From contig JAEYQM010000030.1 of assembly GCA_023410025.1 (NCBI GenBank), positions 6,420 to 70,419 on the forward strand: a stretch of 64,000 bases of DNA. The letters are read 5' to 3'. Below the pieces are notes generated by a model, which worked only from the letters and a program-made list of their open reading frames with translations, had not been told where the DNA came from and did no database searches. This document shows positions 47,749 through 58,018 of the stretch, piece by piece; the first letter of the stretch is position 1; every line of letters begins with the position of its first letter. The translations under genes were made by a program, and so were the position numbers. The DNA is from Bacillota bacterium. GTDB lineage: Bacteria; Bacillota_I; Bacilli_A; ML615J-28; CAG-698.

Positions 47749-48594
47749 TTATACTTCTTCGTTTACTTTGTTTCTAAATATGTGAAAAATTTCTCTTGCT
47801 ACCATTGCATCTTCAAAAGCATCATGAGATTGAACAACACTTTCACCAAGAGTTAATTCTTGGTAAGTGTTGAATAGACCCATTTCTTGTTTATAGTTAT
47901 AGTAGTTCTTCATTATTTGCATTAGATTCATATATCTATGTCTTACATCAAGAGGTTGTAAATGATTTATCTTAAATGATTGCTCTAAAGCTAAGATATC
48001 ATTTTTACCCCAAGCAATAATCTTCACATTATAATCTCTAATACATCTTTGTAATAATTGATAGAACTCTATATATGATTGGGCTTCATTAAAATCTTTA
48101 TATTCTAAAGATAAAAATTTTAATGTTCTTGAATTTAGGGAGTTTCTTCTAAAAGGTTTTAATAGTGATGATTCTTCTAGAATTACATTTCCATTTACAT
48201 CTTCAACAATCATTCCATATTGTACAATTTCAGAAATTTGATTAGAACTTGTTGTTAATGAAAACTCTAAATCTAAAAACATTTTTGCGACAGGCTTATT
48301 TAATAATTGTTTGACTCCTTTACGGATTGCTAAAAGATCATAGTATACATTGCTTCTTGTTTTTCTAGGAACTAATATTTTCACAAAATGATCTATTTCG
48401 TATACTCTGTAACGATCAAATCTCGTTTTTTGATCAGAGCATTCTAAGAAAACATATGGATTCTTTAGTAAATACCCTTTGAAATCCTTCATATTTTTAT
48501 TAGTCATATGAAAATATTCCAACTTGTTATTTACGATAATAGATATCATTCTTTCCCTTTTTAATACCTTATAAACCTTGCCGTAAACTTTCAT
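47749..48594 (-). CDS. DEDDh 3'-5' exonuclease (KapD-like) with an N-terminal extension of about 95 aa
   Basis: FLDLEF, WGKNDILAL and HDAFEDAMVAREIF are the Exo I, II and III (H-x4-D) motifs. Confidence 0.65.
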   Translation of the reverse strand: MKVYGKVYKVLKRERMISIIVNNKLEYFHMTNKNMKDFKGYLLKNPYVFLECSDQKTRFDRYRVYEIDHFVKILVPRKTRSNVYYDLLAIRKGVKQLLNKPVAKMFLDLEFSLTTSSNQISEIVQYGMIVEDVNGNVILEESSLLKPFRRNSLNSRTLKFLSLEYKDFNEAQSYIEFYQLLQRCIRDYNVKIIAWGKNDILALEQSFKINHLQPLDVRHRYMNLMQIMKNYYNYKQEMGLFNTYQELTLGESVVQSHDAFEDAMVAREIFHIFRNKVNEEV

Positions 48595-48607
48595 CTTTTA
48601 TCCTCTC

Positions 48608-48814
48608 TTACAATTGAATCTCATCAATTCTTATTAATTCTAATATCGCTTGACTTCGCCCTTTTACTCCCAGCTTTTGGATTACATTTGATATATGATT
48701 CCTTACTGTTTTTTCACTTATATGTAGTTTGTCTGAAATTTCAACAGTGTCATAGTTTTTTATTAATAGATCGAATATTTCTTTTTCTCTTTTTGTTAAG
48801 AAGTGTGAACGCAA
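48608..48814 (-). CDS. gerE: sporulation transcription regulator GerE (LuxR/FixJ-type HTH)
   Basis: LTKREKEIFDLLIKNYDTVEISDKLHISEKTVRNHISNVIQKLGVKGRSQAILELIRI is nearly collinear with B. subtilis GerE. The start is TTG with a GGGGAGGGA RBS. A CATAATATA sigma-K-like -10 lies immediately upstream. Confidence 0.8.
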   Translation of the reverse strand: MRSHFLTKREKEIFDLLIKNYDTVEISDKLHISEKTVRNHISNVIQKLGVKGRSQAILELIRIDEIQL

Positions 48815-48853
48815 CTTTAATCCCTCCCCAAATTATATTATGCGGGGGATTTT

Positions 48854-50575
48854 CTATTTGCCACCTAAGAGTTTTAAAACCTCATCAATTTGTTCTTTAT
48901 TTAGTTTTATTTTCTGTAATTCTTCTTCAAAATTACCACTACCAATAATTTTTAAAATTGCTTTTTTCTTAACAGGACCAATTCCCTTAATATTATCAAG
49001 CAATGAAGCAAATGTATTTTTTTTATGTGTTGAATGAAAAAAGCTAATTGCATAGCGATGGACTTCATCTTGTATTTTTTCCATTAATAGAAATTCATAT
49101 GAATTTTTCTTTAATTTTATAATTTCATTATTGTATAATAATGCATCTGTTCTATGATTATCATCCTTTACAAGCCCTAGTACTTCTAAGTTTACGCCAA
49201 TATCATTTAATGCTCTTTTAGCGGCATTAACTTGGGGAGCTCCACCATCAACAATAATTAAATCAGGATTATTTTTTAAATCCCTATATCTTCTAGAAAT
49301 TACTTCATACATTGTTTGTGCGTCATTGCTTCCTACAACAGTTTGTACTTTAAATTTTCTATATAATTTTTTTGCTGGTTTTCCATCAATAAAAACAACC
49401 ATTGCAGAAACCGGACTTGCCCCTGATATATTTGAGTTATCAAAAGCTTCAATATGATTTATGCTACTAATGTTTAGAAGTTCTTCTAAACCATTTAAAG
49501 CACCTCTTGTTTTACTAAATTCAATGTTTCTCTTCTTTATTAATTCCTCAACCTTATTTTTAGCATTCTCGCATACTAAATTAACCAATTCTAAATTCTT
49601 TCCTCTTTTAGGGATAATTATTTTATGATTAATAACTTCCTCAACATCTTCTAACTCAATATTTGGAGCCATTATTGTATGTGGAATAGGGTTGTTTTTT
49701 TGTAAATAAAATTGTACGATAAAGTCCTTAAATATTTCAATATCATTATTATAATTATCAAATAAAAATCCGTTTCTTTCTAAAAGTTTACCTTCACGTA
49801 AATGAAATACTTGAACACTAACATAATCATCATTTGTGTAATAACCAAAGACATCACTATCAATATCAAATCCAGCCATTTTTTGTCTTTCGCTAATAGT
49901 ATTTAAATCATTAATAAAATCACGATATTCAATTGCTTTTTCAAAATTTAAATTTGTACTTGCTTCTTCCATTAAAACATTTAAATTCTTTAATTCTTCT
50001 TTAGCATTACCCTTTAAAATATTATTAACTTTTTTACGTAATTCATCATATATTGAAGAATCAATTTTATTAATACAAGGAGCCAAGCATTGACCTATAT
50101 GATAATATAAGCATTCTTTTTTAGGTAATTTTCGACACTTAACAAATGGATATAATCTGTTTAACATTTCAACAGTATCCTTCGCTGCTTGGGCATTTGG
50201 ATATGGTCCATAATATTTTCCAAGTTTTTTATTAGTTTCACGTGTATAAATTAATCTTGGAATTTGTTGATCAGTTACACAAATATATGGATATGTCTTA
50301 TCATCAGTTAACATTATATTATATTTTGGCATATGTTTCTTGATTAAATTCATCTCTAAAATATATGCTTCAATTTCACTTGATGTTATTATATATTCAA
50401 AATCTCTAATTAATGAAACAAGTTTTGTAGTTTTTGCATCATGACTTCCAACAAAATATGATCTAACACGATTATATAAGTCTTTTGCTTTACCAACATA
50501 GATGATGTTTCCATCAATATCTTTCATTAAATAACAACCTGGTTTATGAGGGATTGTTTGTAATTTTTCTTTCAT
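48854..50575 (-). CDS. uvrC: excinuclease ABC subunit C
   Basis: An N-terminal GIY-YIG domain (GCYLMKD...IYVGKA), a UVR domain, an Endo V-like domain and a C-terminal HhH. Confidence 0.9.
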   Translation of the reverse strand: MKEKLQTIPHKPGCYLMKDIDGNIIYVGKAKDLYNRVRSYFVGSHDAKTTKLVSLIRDFEYIITSSEIEAYILEMNLIKKHMPKYNIMLTDDKTYPYICVTDQQIPRLIYTRETNKKLGKYYGPYPNAQAAKDTVEMLNRLYPFVKCRKLPKKECLYYHIGQCLAPCINKIDSSIYDELRKKVNNILKGNAKEELKNLNVLMEEASTNLNFEKAIEYRDFINDLNTISERQKMAGFDIDSDVFGYYTNDDYVSVQVFHLREGKLLERNGFLFDNYNNDIEIFKDFIVQFYLQKNNPIPHTIMAPNIELEDVEEVINHKIIIPKRGKNLELVNLVCENAKNKVEELIKKRNIEFSKTRGALNGLEELLNISSINHIEAFDNSNISGASPVSAMVVFIDGKPAKKLYRKFKVQTVVGSNDAQTMYEVISRRYRDLKNNPDLIIVDGGAPQVNAAKRALNDIGVNLEVLGLVKDDNHRTDALLYNNEIIKLKKNSYEFLLMEKIQDEVHRYAISFFHSTHKKNTFASLLDNIKGIGPVKKKAILKIIGSGNFEEELQKIKLNKEQIDEVLKLLGGK

Positions 50576-50645
50576 TAAATCACTACCTTATCAACATTTT
50601 AGCATATTTAATACCCAATATCAAGGTAAAAATAAAATGGCGATT

Positions 50646-50993
50646 TCACTCGCCATCTTTTTTAAGACTTTTTAAAATACTTTCAATTCTATTTCCTTGC
50701 TCATTTGATTCATCATACTTAAAACGTAGGTCAGGAGTCTTACGAACCTCTAATCTTTTGCTAAGAATTCCTTTAATAAATCCTTTAGCTTCGGCTAAGT
50801 TTTCTGTTGTAGCAATTCTTTGTTCTTCATCACCAATTACAGTGTAATATACAGTTGCAATTGATAAATCATTTGTTAGATTAACATTTGTGATTGTAAC
50901 AAATTTTAATCTATCATCTTTAACATCATTAAAAAGTATTGTTGAGATTTCTCTTTCTAGAATTTTCTCTAATCTTTCTTTTTTAAAAGCCAT
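50646..50993 (-). CDS. rbfA: ribosome-binding factor A
   Basis: 115 aa with the RbfA KH-like fold signature. Confidence 0.9.
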   Translation of the reverse strand: MAFKKERLEKILEREISTILFNDVKDDRLKFVTITNVNLTNDLSIATVYYTVIGDEEQRIATTENLAEAKGFIKGILSKRLEVRKTPDLRFKYDESNEQGNRIESILKSLKKDGE

Positions 50994-53347
50994 TATTTCA
51001 CCTTTTCCATTACATGTGCTTCAATGATATCGCCAACTTTAATATCATTATAGTTTTCAATTGTCATACCACATTCATATCCTAATTTAACTTCTTTAAC
51101 GTCATCTTTAAATCGTTTTAATGAAGAAAGCTTTCCTTCATAAACAACGATGCTATCACGAATTAAACGGATTTCTGAATTTCTTCCAATAGTTCCACTT
51201 GTAACATAACATCCCGCAATTGTACCAATCTTAGATGCTTTATAGATTTCTCTAACTTCTGCTTGACCTGTAACACGTTCTTCAAATACAGGGTCTAACA
51301 TACCTTTCATGGCAGCTTCTAAGTCTTCAAGTAATTTATAGATGATATTGTATAGACGAATTTCAATTCCTTTTTCTTTTGCAAGATCTGTAATCTTACT
51401 TGTTGGTCTAATATTAAATCCAATTACAATTGAGTTTGAAGCAATTGCAAGTGAAATATCTGTTTCCGTAATTGTACCTACTGCACTACGAACAATATTA
51501 ACTTTAATTCCTTCAACATCTAGTTTTTCTAAAGATGTTTTTAATGCTTCAATTGATCCTTGAACGTCAGCCTTAACAATTATATTTAATTCTTTAGAAT
51601 TGTCATCTAAGTTATCAAATAAACTTGCAAGAGATACTACTTTTCCTACACCTTTTTCAGCACTTATTGATCTAAACATTCTTTGTTCAGCAACTAAACG
51701 GGCAGTTTTTTCATCTTCAAATACCATGAATCTATCACCAGCATTTGGTACTTCTTCAATACCAGTAACTTCTACAGCTTTTGATGGAAGGGCAGTTTTT
51801 AAGTTAGCTCTTGTTTCATCTGTCATGGCACGAATTTTACCATATGTATTACCAACTACAATTGGGTCACCAATTTTAATTGATCCATTTTTAACTAAAA
51901 GAGTAGCAACGACACCACGTCCGCGGTCTAGTCTTGCTTCAAGAACAGTTCCAATTCCTAAACGGTTTGGATTAGCTTTGAATTGTTCCATTTCTGAAAC
52001 AAGTAATATCATTTCAATTAATGTATCAATACCTGCACCAGTTAAAGCAGAAAGTTCAACAAAAATTGTACTTCCTCCCCATTCTTCAGCAAGTAAGTTA
52101 TAATTTGCAAGTTCTTGTTTTACTCGATCAGGTTTAGCTGATGGTTTATCCATTTTGTTGATGGCAACAATAATTGGAACTTTAGCAGCTTGTGCATGTT
52201 CAATAGCCTCTTTTGTTTGTGGCATTACACCATCATCAGCAGCAACTACTAGAACAACAATATCTGTTACTTCAGCACCACGAGCTCTCATTTCTGTAAA
52301 TGCTGCATGTCCTGGAGTATCAATAAATGTAATATATTTATTATCATGTTTGATTTGGTAGGCACCGATATGTTGAGTAATTCCTCCGGCTTCAGTTGCA
52401 ACTACTTTTGTATTTCTAATTCTATCAAGAAGAGTTGTTTTTCCATGGTCAACATGTCCCATAATTGTAACAATCGCTGGTCTTTCAACAAGTGTAGAAG
52501 GATCATCAACAAAATCCATTTGTTCGAATTTTGTAATATCTGTTTCAATTTCATTCTTTAATTCATAACCAAATTCTAAGGCAATAAGTTCAACAACATC
52601 TCTTTCAATAACTTGTGCTGCACTTGCCATATAACCTATACCAATAAGTTTTCTTACAACTTCACCAACACCAACATTTAATCCATCAGCGATCTTAGCA
52701 ACTGTCATTCCATCTTGGTAATATAAGATTTTTTCATCTTTATTCTTTTCAACTGGAACGTTTGCTTGACGGTTGGTAGTTGATTTTGACTTGTTTTTCT
52801 TTATGTTTTTGATTCTTGAAACTTTTTTGCTTTCTTCATCGTAATCTTCATAAATACTGTCATATACTCTTGATAATTCAATATCTTCATCTAATTTAGT
52901 AATTGGTTTAGTATCAATTACCTTTTGAACATTTGGTTTATTTTCTGTTTGTTTTTGTTCAACAGGTTTTGTATCATTAACAGACTTATTTTTATTATCT
53001 TGTGGTTTATTTGCTGGTTTATTATTGTTATAATTACTATTCTTATTGTTATTATAATTATTATTCCTATTATTGTTGTTATTATTGTTATTATAATTAT
53101 TTACATTTCTATTATCATTGTTATAAATTTTTTTTGTGTCGCTAGTTGCAGCAGAAGTTTCAACCTTTTGTTCAGGTTTTTTAGTTTTTAAAGGTTTAAT
53201 TTCTTTATTGTAAACCTTACTTAATTTTTTAATAACATTTTGATCTATTTCTGTATCGATGTCTGCTCTAATATCGATATTTTCCAACTTCTTTAATATT
53301 TCCTCTAGAGGAACATTTAAGACTTCAATTATTTCTCTTACTTTCAT
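50993..53347 (-). CDS. infB: translation initiation factor IF-2
   Basis: The GTPase motifs [17 protein letters not shown] and NKMD, and a C-terminal beta-barrel. The N-terminal region contains an Asn/Tyr-rich low-complexity tract. Confidence 0.95.
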   Translation of the reverse strand: MKVREIIEVLNVPLEEILKKLENIDIRADIDTEIDQNVIKKLSKVYNKEIKPLKTKKPEQKVETSAATSDTKKIYNNDNRNVNNYNNNNNNNNRNNNYNNNKNSNYNNNKPANKPQDNKNKSVNDTKPVEQKQTENKPNVQKVIDTKPITKLDEDIELSRVYDSIYEDYDEESKKVSRIKNIKKNKSKSTTNRQANVPVEKNKDEKILYYQDGMTVAKIADGLNVGVGEVVRKLIGIGYMASAAQVIERDVVELIALEFGYELKNEIETDITKFEQMDFVDDPSTLVERPAIVTIMGHVDHGKTTLLDRIRNTKVVATEAGGITQHIGAYQIKHDNKYITFIDTPGHAAFTEMRARGAEVTDIVVLVVAADDGVMPQTKEAIEHAQAAKVPIIVAINKMDKPSAKPDRVKQELANYNLLAEEWGGSTIFVELSALTGAGIDTLIEMILLVSEMEQFKANPNRLGIGTVLEARLDRGRGVVATLLVKNGSIKIGDPIVVGNTYGKIRAMTDETRANLKTALPSKAVEVTGIEEVPNAGDRFMVFEDEKTARLVAEQRMFRSISAEKGVGKVVSLASLFDNLDDNSKELNIIVKADVQGSIEALKTSLEKLDVEGIKVNIVRSAVGTITETDISLAIASNSIVIGFNIRPTSKITDLAKEKGIEIRLYNIIYKLLEDLEAAMKGMLDPVFEERVTGQAEVREIYKASKIGTIAGCYVTSGTIGRNSEIRLIRDSIVVYEGKLSSLKRFKDDVKEVKLGYECGMTIENYNDIKVGDIIEAHVMEKVK

Positions 53348-53351
53348 ATAT

Positions 53352-53648
53352 TCACCTCATTAATCTTTCTAAGGCATCAAAGAAACCCTTGTCAGTTAAC
53401 CCAACAATTTTTCTTGGTTTACCTAAAGCTGATGATAATTCTTCACTTGATAAATCAAGATTGCACACCACTTTATAAAAATAACACTTCTTAACAAATT
53501 TATCAATTGTTCTTTCAGATGCATCATTTGCAACAAAAACAATTTTTAATTTATTCTTTGATAGGGCATTAGCAACATTGTCTTCACCAGTAACTATACA
53601 CCCAGCTTTATTTGCTATCCCAAGCAAGTTTAAAACTTTTTGGTCCAT
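53352..53648 (-). CDS. ylxQ: L7Ae-family ribosomal-protein-like protein, YlxQ
   Basis: The L7Ae fold motif (GIANKAG..V.GE) in the conserved nusA-infB operon position. Confidence 0.8.
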   Translation of the reverse strand: MDQKVLNLLGIANKAGCIVTGEDNVANALSKNKLKIVFVANDASERTIDKFVKKCYFYKVVCNLDLSSEELSSALGKPRKIVGLTDKGFFDALERLMR

Positions 53649-53918
53649 CTATTTCTCACCAATCTTTTCTAATAACTCCTTGTAGATATCGTCTGGAATA
53701 CTTGATTCTAAATGACGGCCAAGAACATTTTTAGATTTTGCAATATCAATTGCTTCTTTAGTTTTTGAAATATATGCTCCTCTTCCATTCATTTTTCCAG
53801 TTGGATCAATTTTAATCTCACCTTCGGGTGTACGAACAATTCTAAACATTTCTAATTTTGGATATGGTTGATTTGTTGCCAAACATTTACGTATAGGAAC
53901 CTTTTTTTGTTTTGACAC
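53649..53918 (-). CDS. ylxR: YlxR (DUF448) RNA-binding protein
   Basis: RKC.....PK.E.FRIV......I.D..GK.NGRGAY matches the YlxR family. Confidence 0.8.
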   Translation of the reverse strand: MSKQKKVPIRKCLATNQPYPKLEMFRIVRTPEGEIKIDPTGKMNGRGAYISKTKEAIDIAKSKNVLGRHLESSIPDDIYKELLEKIGEK

Positions 53919-53930
53919 GATTAACCCTCC

Positions 53931-55016
53931 TTAGTTATTTACATTATACTTAAATTCAATGCCTTCAACATTTGCATCGCTAAGTTTTTTGATATCAATT
54001 TTCCAACCTGTTGCAAGAACTGCAAGCTTAGCATTTTGGCCTTTACTACCAATTGCAAGTGAGAATTGTTCATCATTAACAATAACTAATGCTTTTTTAC
54101 TCTTTTCATCTGGCATTACACTTATTACATTTGCTGGTGATAATGCTTCAGCAATTAAATCAATTGGATTAGATTTCCATACAAAGATATCTATCTTTTC
54201 ACCATTTAAGGCATTATTTATAGCTTTAATTCTAGATCCTGCCGGTCCAACACAAGCGCCTTTAGGGTCAATATCGCCATTAACACTAATTACACCAACT
54301 TTTGTTCTCTTACCTGGATCACGAGCAATACCCATAATTTCTATTTCACCATTAGCAATTTCTGGAATGTTAAGTTCAAATAATTTCTTAACAATTTCTT
54401 TATTACTTCTAGAAATATATACTTTAGGTCCTTTACCTGTTTTTTCAACTTTTGTTATGTATACTTTCTTTTCTTCACCTACTAAGAAATCTTCATCAGC
54501 AAGTGCATCTTTAAATGACATTGTTGCTTCAACTCCCTTTCCTAAGGAAATTGTAACAAATTTATCGTTTTTAGCAATGACTCTTCCTGTAATAATTTCT
54601 CCAACTTTATCATTAAAGAATGAGAATGCTTCTTCTCTTTCAAGTGATTTTAATTCATTTAAAAGATTTTGACGGAATAAAGAAGCTGCTTTTCTCTTAA
54701 AGTTTTTAAGATTAACTTCTTCTCTAAATTCCATCCCTACTTTTACACGAGGTTTTTTAAGTAATGCTTCTTCTAGCAATAATTGACCACGTGGTCCCTC
54801 TGGATCAATTTCATCAACTACATAATAATAATCATAGAATTTTATCTTTTTCTTTTCAAGATCAGATTCAATTTTTATTGTTCCTTTATATTCAACATCA
54901 CTATTCTTGCATGCAATTTGCATAGCAATTTCTACTTTTTTTAATACATCTTCTATATTAATCCCACGTTCTTGGGCAATGTGTTCTAATGATTCAAAAA
55001 ACTCTTTGCTTATCAT
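53931..55016 (-). CDS. nusA: transcription termination/antitermination factor NusA
   Basis: An N-terminal domain, an S1 domain and two KH domains, collinear with NusA. Confidence 0.95.
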   Translation of the reverse strand: MISKEFFESLEHIAQERGINIEDVLKKVEIAMQIACKNSDVEYKGTIKIESDLEKKKIKFYDYYYVVDEIDPEGPRGQLLLEEALLKKPRVKVGMEFREEVNLKNFKRKAASLFRQNLLNELKSLEREEAFSFFNDKVGEIITGRVIAKNDKFVTISLGKGVEATMSFKDALADEDFLVGEEKKVYITKVEKTGKGPKVYISRSNKEIVKKLFELNIPEIANGEIEIMGIARDPGKRTKVGVISVNGDIDPKGACVGPAGSRIKAINNALNGEKIDIFVWKSNPIDLIAEALSPANVISVMPDEKSKKALVIVNDEQFSLAIGSKGQNAKLAVLATGWKIDIKKLSDANVEGIEFKYNVNN

Positions 55017-55024
55017 ATTTCCTC

Positions 55025-55492
55025 CTAAAATTTAATAGCATGTCGGATTTGACTTATCTTATTTTTTTCTATTTCAATATTTTGAATTCGACCCTTAATA
55101 TTACATTCAATTAATAATTTTTCATTTTCAAATGATTTTAAATAACCTTCAAACTCTTTTACGTTATTAATCTTTTGATATGTTTTCACATTAATATATT
55201 TACCAATTGCTTTAAATAAATCAGCATCAGTCTTGATTGGTCTTTCTAGACCTGGACTAGATACTTCTAAGAAGTATTCATCTTCTTCTATTTCAATACT
55301 ATCTAATTTCTCACTAACTAATTCATTTAAATTAGCTGATTCATCAATTGTAAGTCCTACTTCCGTATCAGCTAAAATTCTTAAAATGTAAACACCGTTT
55401 TCTTTTACCCATTCGATATCAACAATTTCAAGATTTAATTTATCAGCGCACTCCAAAATTATTGGTTTTACCTTTTCAACAATTTCCGACAT
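55025..55492 (-). CDS. rimP: ribosome maturation factor RimP
   Basis: The start is set at the ATG at 55492 (MSEIVEKV...), which has an AAGGGG RBS. The family is conserved upstream of nusA. Confidence 0.9.
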   Translation of the reverse strand: MSEIVEKVKPIILECADKLNLEIVDIEWVKENGVYILRILADTEVGLTIDESANLNELVSEKLDSIEIEEDEYFLEVSSPGLERPIKTDADLFKAIGKYINVKTYQKINNVKEFEGYLKSFENEKLLIECNIKGRIQNIEIEKNKISQIRHAIKF

Positions 55493-55559
55493 TTTTAACC
55501 CCTTATTAAAATTGATACAAGGGAGTGAGATATAATCCCACTCCCTAATAACTACACTT

Positions 55560-55588
55560 ATTATACCATACTTAGAAGATGTTGTCAA
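55560..55588 (-). promoter_or_regulatory. promoter of the rimP-nusA-ylxR-ylxQ-infB-rbfA operon
   Basis: On the minus strand, a perfect TTGACA, a 17-nt spacer, then TATAAT. A GGGAGTG-N10-CACTCCC hairpin follows in the leader (55522-55547). Confidence 0.55.
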
Positions 55589-55628
55589 AACAAATATAAA
55601 CGATCATTTTCTTTTTAATAATTATTTC

Positions 55629-56300
55629 CTAGTTATTTGTCCATTTAATTTCTATCTGATTTGTTTTTCTTAAATATTCGTTTGTTTTAGAAAATGGTTT
55701 TGATTTAAAAAAACCTCGATAAGATGAAAGTGGACTTGGATGAGAACTAGTTAATATTAAGTGTTTATCTTTGTTTTTTATTATATTTACCTTATTTATT
55801 GCATCTATACCCCAAAGAATAAAAACAACATTAGTTTTTAATTCTGATATCTTTGTAATTACTAAATCAGTTAATTTTTCCCAACCAACATTTTGATGAC
55901 TCTTTGGCTTACCATCTTCAACTGTCAGTATCGTATTTAAAAGCAGTACTCCTTGATTGGCAAGATATGATAAATCACCATTACTAACCATTTGTACATT
56001 TAAGTCATCTTCTATTTCTTTATAAATATTTTTTAGACTGGGTGGTAATACAACACCTTTATTTACAGAAAATGCTAAGCCATTAGCTTGGTTAGGATTA
56101 AAGTATGGATCTTGTCCAATTATTACTACTTTACAATCTTCAAAACTACACAATTCAAACGCTTTAAAAATATCGTTATACTTGGGATATATAATTTTGT
56201 TTTTATACTCATCTTCTATAAAATTACATAGTTTTATATACCAATTTTCATTATAACAATTGCTAAGTATATTATTCCAACCATCACTATTGATTTTCAT
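55629..56300 (-). CDS. ung: uracil-DNA glycosylase
   Basis: GQDPY, a water-activating loop, and HPSPLS. Confidence 0.9.
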   Translation of the reverse strand: MKINSDGWNNILSNCYNENWYIKLCNFIEDEYKNKIIYPKYNDIFKAFELCSFEDCKVVIIGQDPYFNPNQANGLAFSVNKGVVLPPSLKNIYKEIEDDLNVQMVSNGDLSYLANQGVLLLNTILTVEDGKPKSHQNVGWEKLTDLVITKISELKTNVVFILWGIDAINKVNIIKNKDKHLILTSSHPSPLSSYRGFFKSKPFSKTNEYLRKTNQIEIKWTNN

Positions 56301-57031
56301 TTATTACCTGCCAGATAATGCATAATTATGCCACCAGCTACACCTACATTTAAAGATTCTAGCTTTGTATTCATATCAATTCTAACATTAATATCAGTTA
56401 GATTTAATATTTCTTTTTTTACGCCATTAGCTTCATTACCTAGAATAATCGCATATTTATCATTTAATTTAAGTTGATTTAGACTTTTAGAATTTTCTAA
56501 AGTTGTACCAATTATTTTTATATTTTCCATTTTAAGAAAGTTAATCGCTTCAATAATATCCTTCTTCACAATTCTAATATTAAATATTGCTCCTTGAGTT
56601 GATCTAAGAACTTTATCATTATATATATCTACACTATCATTACTGACAATAATAGTATCAATATTAAAGCCTAGGGCTGTTCTAATTAAAGTTCCCATGT
56701 TTCCTGGATCATTGATATTATCTAAAAGTAAGAATTTACTCCCAGTAATATTTGAAGAAGTCATCTTACAAATCCCAATAATATTTTGAGGATTAACCGT
56801 ACTTGATAATTTCTTTATAATTGCATCATTTACTAATATGTTTTCGACGTTTTCCACTTGATCTGATTCATCAATAATTATAACTGTTTCTAATACATTT
56901 GCTAGTTTTGCTTCTTTTACTAAATGGTAACCTTCAATTATATATTTTTGTTCAAAATGACGATTCTTACTATCTTTTAACTTAGCAATTTCTTTAATAG
57001 TATTGTTAGTTAATGATGTAATTTTTATCAC
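56297..57031 (-). CDS. TrmH/SpoU-family RNA 2'-O-methyltransferase
   Basis: The SPOUT motifs (LLLDNINDPGNMGTLIRTA, ILGNEANGV). The start is probably the GTG at 57031, which overlaps the upstream stop as GTGA. Confidence 0.8.
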   Translation of the reverse strand: MIKITSLTNNTIKEIAKLKDSKNRHFEQKYIIEGYHLVKEAKLANVLETVIIIDESDQVENVENILVNDAIIKKLSSTVNPQNIIGICKMTSSNITGSKFLLLDNINDPGNMGTLIRTALGFNIDTIIVSNDSVDIYNDKVLRSTQGAIFNIRIVKKDIIEAINFLKMENIKIIGTTLENSKSLNQLKLNDKYAIILGNEANGVKKEILNLTDINVRIDMNTKLESLNVGVAGGIIMHYLAGNK

Positions 57032-57630
57032 AACATTACATCCTTTAGTAATGTGAAGTATAAGTATATTACCATAATTAAAGTTAGACCAGATTGAATA
57101 ATCCAAATCCATTTAAGAATCTTCTTTGCGTATTGATTCTTATTATAATTTACATATATTGTCCATGTTGAGAAAAAATTAATAATTGGTAATGCGTATA
57201 CAATTAAAACCGTCATTACATTAAATAAAAAATCGGAACCATTTTGAGCTACAATATCAAGTGGTTTATCTAAAACACCAATCATCCAGTTTGCAAAAGC
57301 AATCCATAAATAGTATGAAGCAATTGGGAAAAAGATTATAAATTGAATTAAAGCAAATATAATCATCCATACTGGAATTTTATCTAAATTTGTGTTTTTC
57401 TCTTTTAAGAGTTTTTTTCTTTCTATAAGTAATTCTTTATACTTTTCTTTTGAATTTTGATACTGATTATATAAATCTTCAGTTTCTCCTTCATTTGTTA
57501 TTTTTAAATCTAATTGGTCTAAGACAATCTCAAGTTCTTGAAGTTCAATTTCAATTTGTTCTAATCTTGAAACTTCTTCATTGTTAACAACTTCAGTTTC
57601 TTCATTTGTTAGTAAATCCATATTATCCAT
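57028..57630 (-). CDS. membrane protein with an acidic coiled-coil N-terminus and 3-4 TM helices (hypothetical)
   Basis: 200 aa. An N-terminal region of about 80 residues is Glu/Leu/Lys-rich coiled coil, and hydrophobic helices follow. It is translationally coupled to the methyltransferase. Confidence 0.5.
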   Translation of the reverse strand: MDNMDLLTNEETEVVNNEEVSRLEQIEIELQELEIVLDQLDLKITNEGETEDLYNQYQNSKEKYKELLIERKKLLKEKNTNLDKIPVWMIIFALIQFIIFFPIASYYLWIAFANWMIGVLDKPLDIVAQNGSDFLFNVMTVLIVYALPIINFFSTWTIYVNYNKNQYAKKILKWIWIIQSGLTLIMVIYLYFTLLKDVML

Positions 57631-57710
57631 TATATAACACCTCTATATAATTATAGCATACTCAACTTAAAATTAAAATAAAAAAGTGCAAATTGCACTT
57701 TTATTTTCAA

Positions 57711-57956
57711 TTATTTACCGCTAGTGTAATTGCCGCTTGCGCCTAAATTAGATTGGGCAAGCTTAACTAAACGACGAGTAATTTCCCCTCCTACAGATCC
57801 GTTTTGACGAGCTGTCGCATCGGGTCCTAGTTGAACGCCAAGTTCAGAAGCGATTTCGTATTTCATTTGATCAATCGCGTTTTGTGCACCTGGAACTACT
57901 AATTTATTTTTACTAGTATTACTTGTGTTGTAAGATGAACCGTTCATTCTTTTCAC
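57711..57956 (-). CDS. alpha/beta-type small acid-soluble spore protein
   Basis: [23 protein letters not shown] and the end ...[12 protein letters not shown] match the SASP alpha/beta family motifs. A terminator hairpin aaagtgcaa-att-tgcacttt lies downstream. Confidence 0.85.
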   Translation of the reverse strand: MKRMNGSSYNTSNTSKNKLVVPGAQNAIDQMKYEIASELGVQLGPDATARQNGSVGGEITRRLVKLAQSNLGASGNYTSGK

Positions 57957-58018
57957 CTCCTGTCAGTAATATTGTTATCAATAAACTATTTTTTATTAAA
58001 TGTAAATTTTACCAGATA

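Noticed and set aside
52925-53191. 88-aa Ile/Phe-rich plus-strand ORF
   Set aside because: It is the antisense of the poly-Asn/Tyr low-complexity tract in infB and is not a membrane protein gene.
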